NCBI GenBank assembly: GCA_048938005.1
Contig: JBHLMQ010000017.1
Coordinates: 1-20,849, forward strand
Length of the DNA: 20,849 bases
Source of the DNA: Promethearchaeota archaeon
GTDB lineage: Archaea; Asgardarchaeota; Lokiarchaeia; Sigyniarchaeales; SOKP01
Direction of reading: 5' to 3'
Made by a program: the position numbers and the translations under genes. The notes beneath the pieces were generated by a model. That model was given only the letters and a program-made list of their open reading frames with translations, ran no database searches and was not told the origin of the DNA. Position 1 is the first letter of the stretch. Every line of letters starts with the position of its first letter. This document shows positions 11,843-19,792 of this stretch, piece after piece.

Positions 11843-12688
11843 ATGTCAAATGCGAAACAACTGAGTGAATCTGATATTGAAGAAGCACTTCAATCATTAG
11901 GATTTACGAAAAATGATTCAAAGGTGTTATTAACATTAAGTAAGTTCAGGATCCTAAGCCCTGCTGATATTGCGAAGCATTCTGGTGTTGATCGAGCAAG
12001 AGTTTACGATTCTTTAAACAGATTAATGGAGAAAGGCTTTATTCAAAAAGAACCCATTAAAAGAGGTGCTAATTATCAAATAATACCAATTGAAAGAATC
12101 TTTAAGGTAATCCGTGATGAATATAAGTCAAAAATTGAAGATACCCTATCATTAGAAAAGATCATTAGTAAATTGGAAATTAATAAAGAGGAATCGGAAC
12201 CAAGGGTTTGGTCGATAAACTCTAGAGAAAAAATTCGTAAAAAAATCAGGGAATTAATTAGTTCAGCAAAAGAAAGAATTTTTTTTATTATTACTCCTGA
12301 TTTGCTTATGCAAGAATTAGGGGGTTATGATTGGGTGCTAAAGGAACTTTGGAATAAAAAATTCTCTTCAGATATTCAAATTGTCATTGCTATAAAATAT
12401 AATGAAATTTTAAAAGAAGAAATCAAAAAATTATTAAAAATCTCAGTAACAATTCATTCAATTGAAGGAGATAGCGTTATACCTTTCGGATTATTAATAA
12501 CTGATAATCAATTTCTTCTTACAACCTTGAATAGTGTAATAGAAGCGCCAGAATACACCTCTGGACTGTGGTTAGAAAATGGTACTTCAAAACAGATTAT
12601 AGGATATGAGCATCTGTTTAAACACTTCATTACCAGTGAGTGTAAATCAATTAAATTAACTCCGAGAAAAACATCATTTCCCGATTGA
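11843..12688 (+). CDS. TrmB-family transcriptional regulator
   Basis: N-terminal wHTH (LQSLGFTKNDSKVLLTL...PADIAKHSGVDRARVYDSLNRLMEKGFI), a coiled helix, then an effector domain (VWSINSREKIRKKIRELISSAKERI). Confidence 0.88.
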   Translation: MSNAKQLSESDIEEALQSLGFTKNDSKVLLTLSKFRILSPADIAKHSGVDRARVYDSLNRLMEKGFIQKEPIKRGANYQIIPIERIFKVIRDEYKSKIEDTLSLEKIISKLEINKEESEPRVWSINSREKIRKKIRELISSAKERIFFIITPDLLMQELGGYDWVLKELWNKKFSSDIQIVIAIKYNEILKEEIKKLLKISVTIHSIEGDSVIPFGLLITDNQFLLTTLNSVIEAPEYTSGLWLENGTSKQIIGYEHLFKHFITSECKSIKLTPRKTSFPD

Positions 12689-12807
12689 ATTCTTTAATTT
12701 AATTAAAAATAAATTGGAATAAATCATTAGTAAAATATATAATCAAAGTCAAAAATTAACAAATTAATTTAAATTTCTACTTATAAATTAGGGGGTATTA
12801 TTAAGAA

Positions 12808-13371
12808 ATGTCTTACCGCGGAAAGGTAATTCTTTGCGGAGATGCCGGAGTAGGCAAAACTAGTTTATTAGCTCAATATGTAGATGGTCAATTTAGTGAT
12901 GAATACCATCAAACGATAGGTGCAAATTTTTTAATAAAGGAAATTGATTTAAGTAAAGTAATCGATAAATTAGACATAAAAAATCCAAAATTAAAGAAAG
13001 ATGTTAAGGATAAAGGGTTTAAGCTCTATTTCTGGGACCTTGGGGGTCAACATGATAAATTATTCAGTAATGAATATTATTTCGTCCAAGCTGTAGGAGC
13101 TTTTGTAATTTATGATATTTTAAATCCAAAATCATTTATTAATATAGATTTCTGGATCTCAAAAGTGAAGGAACTTAGTGGGGATATACCATTTATGATT
13201 TTGGGGAATAAAATTGACAGAAGACAAGAAAGAAAAGTATCATATGAAAAAGCTATAGAAAAGGCAGAAAAATATTATGTTAAATATATGGAGACATCTG
13301 CAAAATTGAATGAGAATGTTGATAAGGCATTCGAAGGATTAGCAATTGAAATTTTAAATACTTTTAAATAG
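12808..13371 (+). CDS. Ras-superfamily small GTPase, Rab-like (eukaryotic signature protein)
   Basis: G1 GDAGVGKT, G2 TIGANF, G3 WDLGGQ, G4 NKID, G5 ETSAK. No C-terminal Cys prenylation motif. Confidence 0.93.
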   Translation: MSYRGKVILCGDAGVGKTSLLAQYVDGQFSDEYHQTIGANFLIKEIDLSKVIDKLDIKNPKLKKDVKDKGFKLYFWDLGGQHDKLFSNEYYFVQAVGAFVIYDILNPKSFINIDFWISKVKELSGDIPFMILGNKIDRRQERKVSYEKAIEKAEKYYVKYMETSAKLNENVDKAFEGLAIEILNTFK

Positions 13372-13456
13372 ATTCCAAATAATATTAAATATTAAAATTG
13401 ATTTCTGACTTTAATATTTGCATTTTTTTTTTAAAGAGATTATTGCTGCAATTATT

Positions 13457-14188
13457 ATGAGTATTTTATTAATTCCTATTGCCCCGTTGTCTAGAACAAA
13501 ATCTCGTCTTCGAGATTGTTTTTCAACCGAACAACTGAAAGAATTAACGATTGCTATGTTTAAAGATCTTGGAAAAACATTAACAGAAGTAAATTGTTTT
13601 GATAATAAAATTGCCTATTGCAATACTCCTGAAATATTAGAACTTGCAAAAGATTATGATTTAATTGGGATTAAAGAAGAATTAACAACTCCACCTAAAT
13701 CTTTCGATGAAGTCATAGAAGATCTCAATAAAATTGCGATTGAAAAATTTAGTGCCCAACAAACAGTATTTTCTTTTTTGGATCTAATTCTAATTTCTAC
13801 TAAAAATTTTTATGATATAAATTTACTTGTAACGAAGAATCAATTGGTTGTTTGCCCCGCTATACATTCAGCTGGAATTTCTGTACTTGGGAGGAATCCT
13901 CCTGATATAATATTATCTTATTTTTCAGATCCAAATGTCCCCTCTTTAGTTGCCTTGCTTAACAATGCTTCTAAGAGAGGAATAGATAAAATAGCTATAT
14001 ATGATTCTTTTAGAGCTGGTTTTGATATAGATATTAAACAAGATCTGGTATTAGCCTATGAATATCTAAAGATTTTTAATTTAATAGATACAGAGGTATT
14101 TACGTTCTTAAAGAGTAATTTAAAATTATCTCTTAAAAAAAGAAATGCTAATAATAATCGAACATTTAAAATAACAGAAAGAGAATGA
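13457..14188 (+). CDS. cofC: CofC-like (2-phospho-L-lactate/PEP guanylyltransferase family) protein, divergent
   Basis: ILLIPIAPLSRTKSRL (cf. IPVK...KSRL), AMFKD, LDLILI, CPAIHSAGISVL and FDIDIKQDL (cf. DVDTPEDL). ATG 13457 preferred over TTG 13418. Confidence 0.7.
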   Translation: MSILLIPIAPLSRTKSRLRDCFSTEQLKELTIAMFKDLGKTLTEVNCFDNKIAYCNTPEILELAKDYDLIGIKEELTTPPKSFDEVIEDLNKIAIEKFSAQQTVFSFLDLILISTKNFYDINLLVTKNQLVVCPAIHSAGISVLGRNPPDIILSYFSDPNVPSLVALLNNASKRGIDKIAIYDSFRAGFDIDIKQDLVLAYEYLKIFNLIDTEVFTFLKSNLKLSLKKRNANNNRTFKITERE

Positions 14189-14192
14189 CTTT

Positions 14193-15425
14193 TTAAAAAG
14201 AAAACGTTATATTTATTTTTACTTTATCTTTGACGATTTCTTCTATTGAATTTTGGAATTCTTCCCTCTCTGTTTTAAGCGTGCTTAGGTATCTGGTATA
14301 GTCCTTGTTTTTTCGATTGTAATCTGCCTCAATATGCTCTAATTTTATAGTGTTCGAAGAAATTTGGTTTTTCAGCTCCTCTAATTTTTGGGCTAATCCT
14401 GCTTCTTGTATCTTTCTTTCGATTTTTTTAATACTTTCTTTAATTTTTAGATATTTTTCAATATTTGTTTGTAATTGTTTTTCATCGAAAATCGCGTTTA
14501 TATGGTCGATAGTCTTTTGTTTAGTTTCAGTTTTAAGTTGTAATTTGTTTTCTTCAAGAGCATGCCTTAATTGAACCATTAAACTTGTAAATCTTGGTAA
14601 ATCTTTACGTTCATTTATTAGCATTTTAATTGGATTTTTTAGAAAATTTCTAACATAATTTAAATCTAGATTTGGGATGTAAATTGTTTCCTTTTCCAAT
14701 TCAAATTTTAATTTCTTCAATGCCTTTTTGAAGCCAATCTCATCATTAATTTTTAATTGTAATTGAAATAGTTTATCTCTTTCGGTTTCTAAAGTCTTAA
14801 AAAGTTCGTTCTTTTCAAGATCTATCAATTTTGAATTTAATTCTGCTTGTTTTTGCTTTCGAATTTCTAATTCGGTTTCAAAATTATCCAAATCTACTTT
14901 TGCATTTTCAATATTCTCCTTAAGATGAAAGAGTTTTGGTAATTTTTTAAGTAAATATTCAGCATCTTTAAGATCGCTGTACTTTTTTCTCATGAATTCA
15001 TCTAAAACTGCTTGTTTTTTCCCAAGTTTGCGAGTAATATAATCTAATTCTTTAATTTCTGCTTGTACTTCTTTATGGAATTTAGGTAAAGATTTTCTAG
15101 CAATTTCGGGAATACTTGTAAATAACTTCTTAATTGAATTTAATAAATCCATAATGTTATCATAATTTAATTCCTCTTCAGGAATTTCAATCTCATCAAT
15201 CTCTTTTCTAATTCGATCTGAGAAAAAATTTAATGATTTATGAGCCTTTTGATCGATTTTATCTTTTCCTTTTTCTAAAAAGTGATCTAAACATATTTTT
15301 ATTTCTATTAAATTCTCTCTAATCTCGAGTATTATTTTTTTTGTTGCTCTCTTTACTTTAAAAAATAGAGAATTAAGTTTTTCTTTATATACTTCTTCAA
15401 AATGCTCTAGATCTTCTTCAATCAT
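14193..15425 (-). CDS. Hypothetical long coiled-coil protein
   Basis: 410 aa, K/E/L-rich heptad-like sequence with no Walker A motif seen. Starts 18 nt after the serS stop, so probably co-transcribed. Confidence 0.8.
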   Translation of the reverse strand: MIEEDLEHFEEVYKEKLNSLFFKVKRATKKIILEIRENLIEIKICLDHFLEKGKDKIDQKAHKSLNFFSDRIRKEIDEIEIPEEELNYDNIMDLLNSIKKLFTSIPEIARKSLPKFHKEVQAEIKELDYITRKLGKKQAVLDEFMRKKYSDLKDAEYLLKKLPKLFHLKENIENAKVDLDNFETELEIRKQKQAELNSKLIDLEKNELFKTLETERDKLFQLQLKINDEIGFKKALKKLKFELEKETIYIPNLDLNYVRNFLKNPIKMLINERKDLPRFTSLMVQLRHALEENKLQLKTETKQKTIDHINAIFDEKQLQTNIEKYLKIKESIKKIERKIQEAGLAQKLEELKNQISSNTIKLEHIEADYNRKNKDYTRYLSTLKTEREEFQNSIEEIVKDKVKINITFSF

Positions 15426-15443
15426 TTTGCATTCTATTAGGTT

Positions 15444-16733
15444 TTAATTTATTGACTTAATAATCTTTCGACCATCCATGTATTTCTGAAGAACCTTTGG
15501 AACAGTTATTGAATGATCTTCATTTTGATAATTTTCAAGGATGCAACAAATAGTACGTTCAGTTGCTATTGCTGTTGAATTTAAGGTATGTAGAATTTCT
15601 TTCTCCTGTTGTGAACCAACTATTCCCATCCGAATTTTTAATTTTCTTGCTTGATAATCTAGACAATTACTGCATGATACTAATTCACGATAGGTTTCTG
15701 AAGCTGGGAACCATGCTTCTAAATCATATTTTTTAGCCGCATTGTCATTCAATTCTCCAGAAGCGACATTTCCTATTCTATACGGAATTCCTAATTCTTT
15801 ATAAAGTTCTTCTGCATTTATGATTAATTCTTCAAAGTATTTCCACGAATCTGTGGGTTTACAAAAAATAAATTGCTCTACTTTTTCAAATCGATGAACT
15901 CTAAATATTCCTAAGGTATCTTTCCCATGAGACCCTGCTTCTCTTCTAAAACATGAAGAAATCCCTACATATTTGAGAGGTAATTTCTCAGGTTCAATTA
16001 TCTCATTATAATGGTAAGCAGCTAATGTTTGTTCAGATGTAGCAATCATATATAAATCTTCATCCTGGATCTTATATAGTTGTTCTTCAAAATCTGCTAA
16101 CTCTGCTGCTGCTTTCATCACTTCATGCTTAGTGAAGAATGGAGTCCACATTGGGATGTAATTCTTACTTATTAATTTTTCTAATGCAAAATTAATGAGA
16201 GCTAAATTAAGAAGAACTAAATCTCCTTTTAAATAATAAAACCTCGAGCCTACTATTTCTGAAGCTTTTTTTGTATCTACTCCATCAATTTTTGAGATTA
16301 AATCAACATGAGATAAGGGTTTAAAATGGAATTTTTGTAAGTTTCCTACCGTCCTTACAATTTCATTCTCCTCTTCAGTTTCACCTATAGGAACGGATTC
16401 ATGTAAGATATTACCTACCATATACCGGTATTTCTCTCGCTGTTCTAAATATTCTAGCTGTAATTTTTCTAAATTGTCAATTTTTTCTTTTACCTCTTTT
16501 GAATTCTTTATTGCTTCTTCAGCTTTCTTATCGTCTCTTAATTTTTTAAACTCTCCAATTCTAATTGAAATTTCATTTCTTTGTTTCCTTAAATCTTCTA
16601 GCTCTTGTAGAGTTGTCCTCCATTTTTTATCATATTCTAAGACTCTTTCAGCGATTGATGGATCTTTAAACCTCTTTTTCTCTGACTCTATTATTTTATC
16701 TAAGTTTTTCCTGAATAGTTCAATATCAAGCAA
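15444..16733 (-). CDS. serS: Serine--tRNA ligase (standard, non-methanogen type)
   Basis: MLDIELFR start, N-terminal coiled coil, ATSEQ, FRREAGSHGKDTLGIFRVHRFEKVEQF (motif 2), ELVSCSNC, TLNSTAIATERTICCILEN (motif 3). TTG start with AGGAG SD. Confidence 0.97.
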   Translation of the reverse strand: MLDIELFRKNLDKIIESEKKRFKDPSIAERVLEYDKKWRTTLQELEDLRKQRNEISIRIGEFKKLRDDKKAEEAIKNSKEVKEKIDNLEKLQLEYLEQREKYRYMVGNILHESVPIGETEEENEIVRTVGNLQKFHFKPLSHVDLISKIDGVDTKKASEIVGSRFYYLKGDLVLLNLALINFALEKLISKNYIPMWTPFFTKHEVMKAAAELADFEEQLYKIQDEDLYMIATSEQTLAAYHYNEIIEPEKLPLKYVGISSCFRREAGSHGKDTLGIFRVHRFEKVEQFIFCKPTDSWKYFEELIINAEELYKELGIPYRIGNVASGELNDNAAKKYDLEAWFPASETYRELVSCSNCLDYQARKLKIRMGIVGSQQEKEILHTLNSTAIATERTICCILENYQNEDHSITVPKVLQKYMDGRKIIKSIN

Positions 16734-16844
16734 AATTTAGCTCCTTTAATTATCTTGGAAATAATATTTTATTGTTAGATTTATAAAATTATCATTTTAT
16801 TAAAATGTGAAGTTGATTCAAAAATATTTTCATAAAAATTGAAA

Positions 16845-17030
16845 TTATTCATGCTGAATCCTATCAGCTATGGTGGACCGGGCCAATGCAGTTTTAATCT
16901 TCCTTTTATCATAACCCACCATATCAATAATCTTCATTATTTTAATTCTTCTGGCTTTGCCTTTTATGTTTTCCTCAAGCATAAAATGCTTTGCGAATTC
17001 CTCCTTCTTATTCTCTTCTGACTCAGACAT
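16845..17030 (-). CDS. Small hypothetical protein (61 aa)
   Basis: ATG-started, charged helical composition (MSESEENKKEEFAKHFMLEENIKGKARRIKIMKII...), co-oriented with serS and filling the gap. Confidence 0.65.
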   Translation of the reverse strand: MSESEENKKEEFAKHFMLEENIKGKARRIKIMKIIDMVGYDKRKIKTALARSTIADRIQHE

Positions 17031-17119
17031 ATTATCTATTAATTAATTTTTCAATAAAAAATTTGACTTGACATATTTATTTCTGTTACTGTGTTTTCAA
17101 ATGTAAATTCATTAACCAT

Positions 17120-17137
17120 TTGGATTATGAAATCCAA
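17120..17137. promoter_or_regulatory. Inverted repeat TTGGATT-N4-AATCCAA, putative operator in the divergent region upstream of hdrA
   Basis: Perfect 7-4-7 palindrome about 110 nt upstream of the hdrA start. Confidence 0.45.
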
Positions 17138-17244
17138 TCAGAAAAAATAAATTATTTCATTAATTTCAAAACCTAATAAGATTTAATGTTAAATTTCAAA
17201 TTAACAAAAAAATACTGGTGATATTTAACAAAAAGGTGAATTGG

Positions 17245-19248
17245 TTGTCTGAAAAACAGACCAAGGATGAACTGAGAATTGGAGTTTACGTATGTAGGTG
17301 AGGAGTGAATATAGGGGCCGCTGTTGATTGTGATGCTGTCCGAGATTATGTCGAACATTTACCTAATGTAACTATTGCGCGGGTAAATGATTTTACTTGT
17401 AGCGATCCAGGCCAAAATATTATCAAGAATGACATTTTAGAATTAGATTTAAATAGAGTAGTAGTAGCTGCTTGCACACCAAAAATACATGAACCAACCT
17501 ATAGAGCAGTTCTAGCTGAAGCAGGATTAAGTCCATATTATTTTCAAATGGTTAATCTACGTGAACATTGCTCTTTTGTTCATGCTAAAGATAGAGAAAA
17601 TGCTACAGAAAAGGCAAAAACATTAGTCTTAGCAGGAATAAATCGTGCGCGTGAATTAGAATCTATTCCTCGAAAAGAAATACCAGTAGAAAAAGCAGCT
17701 TTAGTCATAGGTGCTGGAATTGCTGGAATGAATGCTGCTTTGGATTTAGCAAATCAAGGGATTAATGTCTATCTTGTAGAAAAAGAACCGACTATAGGAG
17801 GAAAAATGGCACAATTAGATAGAATTTATCCAACAGATGATTGCGGGATATGAGTACTTGCCCCTATTATGGTAAATGCGTCGAAACATCCAAATATAAC
17901 ATTATTTACTTATAGTGATGTTATAGAATTTGGTGGTATTCCTGGTGCTTATAAAGTTAAAATTAGAAAAAATCCTCGATATGTTGATGAAAGTAAATGT
18001 ACTGGATGTGGTTTATGTACAACCAAATGTCCAATAAAAGTACCAAGCGAATTTGATAGAGGAATTGGTGAAAGAGGTGCGATTTATATTCCCTTTCCTC
18101 AAGCTGTCCCAAAATTAGCTGTAATGGATAGAACTGTATGTATAGACTGTAAGAATTGTGAGAGGATTTGTCCCGCTGAAGCTATTAATTTTGAGCAAGA
18201 AACAGAATATGTTGACCTTAAAGTAGGAGCAGTAGTAATCGCCACAGGTTGGGATGAATATCCTATTTGGGAGACAAATGAATATAATTACGGGTATTAT
18301 CCTGATGTAATCACTCAAATTGAACTAGAGAGAATGTTGAGCCCTATTGGCCCAACAAGTGGACATGTTTATAGAATATCCGATGGAAAAACACCGAAAA
18401 CGGTTGTAATGATTCAATGCGTGGGTTCAAGGGATGTAAATGCAAATCCCTATTGTTCCTTTGTTTGCTGTAATGTGGCTCTTAAAAATGCACAGCTTTT
18501 AAAACAAGAATACTCAGATATAGATGTTATTATGTTTTATATAGATATTAGAACTACAGATAAAGGAAACGAAGAATACTACAGAAAAATAAGAGAATCT
18601 GGTATCAGAATGATTAGGGGAAAAGTTGGTGAAATATTTGAAGATCCTAAAACTAATAAATTAAAAGTTAGAGCTTATTCTTCATTAACTGGTGAAATTA
18701 TTAAAATTAATGCCGATTTAGTTGTGCTTTCTACTGGAATCGTACCTTCAAAAGGAACTGAGGAAATAATTGAGATAATGGGATTAAGTAAAGGCCCCAG
18801 TGGATTTCTCACAGAAATACATGGATGCTTAAGTCCTCAAGAAACTAAAGATCTAGGAATTTATATAAGTGGGTGTGCTGCTGGTCCAAAAAATATTCCA
18901 TATTCGGTATCTTCTGCTTTAGCCGCTGCGAGTAAAGCCTCTACAATATTATCTCATGATACTATAAGGCAAGAATTAATTATAGCAGAAGTAGATGAGA
19001 ATCTCTGTATGGGATGCCATAGATGTGAAAAACTCTGTTTCTATGAAGCAATAAAAGTTAATGAAAATGAGATTGCTGAAGTGGATGATTTAAAATGTAA
19101 AGGTTGTGGAGTTTGTGTTTCATCTTGTCCAGCAAGAGCCATTGATTTAAAATATTACAGAGATAAGCAATTCACAGAAGAAATCAAAGGAATTGGTGGT
19201 ATTGAATTAGAAATACCAAAAAAAATATCTGAAGGTATAAAAGATTAA
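17245..19248 (+). CDS. hdrA: Heterodisulfide reductase subunit A (HdrA), selenoprotein with two in-frame UGA (U19, U203); 667 aa
   Basis: TTG start 5 nt after an AGGTGA SD. Reads MSEKQTKDELRIGVYVCR-UGA(17299-17301)-GVNIG (cf. RIGVYVCHCGxNI) and YPTDDCGI-UGA(17851-17853)-VLAPIM (cf. FPTxDCxxCILxP). ORFs 17305-17853 and 17869-19248 share this frame. Also GAGIAG FAD motif, QCVGSRD..YCSFVCC and four ferredoxin CxxCxxCxxxC motifs. Confidence 0.93.
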
Positions 19249-19270
19249 AAACTATAGAGGTTACCGAATC

Positions 19271-19699
19271 ATGTCCAAAAATATTCATGAAAAATCTAGA
19301 AAAATAATAGGATTTGGTTGTGATAAGTGAGGTTATTCTGTAGCTGATTTAACTGGAGTGACAAGGAGATCTTATTCTACCAATTTTCACTTAATTCGTG
19401 TAAGATGTACTGGGCGTATTGGCATTCACCTAATAATGGAGGCATTTCTAAATGGTGCTGATGGTGTAGCAATCATTTCATGAAAAGAAGGAGAATGCGA
19501 GTTTGGTAATGGAAATACAAATACTTACGAGCATGTATTAACATTAAAGAAATTTTTAAAACATGTAGGTATTTCTGAAAATCGAATTCAACAATACTTT
19601 TGTTCTGCTGCTGAAGTGGAAAAATTTATTAATTCTGTTGAGGATATTACGAGTAAAATTCAAGCACTCCCTCCTCTACCAAAATTTATTCCGAAATAG
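19271..19699 (+). CDS. mvhD: MvhD/VhuD (FlpD-family [2Fe-2S] subunit), selenoprotein with two in-frame UGA (U20, U71); 142 aa; absent from the ORF track
   Basis: MSKNIHEKSRKIIGFGCDK-UGA(19328-19330)-GYSVADLTG...IRVRCTGRI...AFLNGADGVAIIS-UGA(19481-19483)-KEGECEFGNGN...CSAAEVEKF...PK-TAG. Spacing C17-x2-U20-x25-C46-x24-U71-x4-C76 equals the MvhD Cys motif. Confidence 0.93.
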
Positions 19700-19768
19700 A
19701 ATGACCTTTTCAAAAAAATTATAGTTGAGAAGAAACTGACCCATTGCAAGGGTTCTCGGAAAAATAAT
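19700..19768 (+). promoter_or_regulatory. Candidate SECIS / structured 3'-UTR element downstream of mvhD
   Basis: Two alternative hairpins by eye: AUGAC-CUUUUCAA/loop/UUGAGAAG, and UUGAGAA-[GAAACUGA]-CCC-AUUGCAA-GGG-UUCUCGG with outer AUUAU/AUAAU. The position is where a 3' SECIS is expected, but neither fold is a clean canonical match. Confidence 0.45.
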
Positions 19769-19792
19769 ACACAAAATAAGTTTAGTATATTT

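Noticed and set aside
17187-17206. Rex operator
   Set aside because: Half-sites resemble TGTTAA/TTAACA, but the spacer is 8 nt rather than the 4 nt of Rex boxes, and no rex gene is in the window.
14350-18318. Short ORFs 14350-14574, 16474-16740, 16839-17021, 17173-17358 and 18115-18318
   Set aside because: Antisense to the coiled-coil gene, serS, the 61-aa ORF or hdrA. Several have the F/S/L-rich composition typical of shadows, and none shows a motif.
17305-19248. Treating ORFs 17305-17853 and 17869-19248 as two genes, or as an hdrA pseudogene
   Set aside because: They share one frame, the only interruptions are UGA at conserved Cys sites, and all other motifs are intact.
17299-19520. Bacterial-type SECIS hairpins immediately 3' of each UGA
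   Set aside because: Only weak, inconsistent stems follow U203 and mvhD U20, and none follows U71. There is no shared motif.
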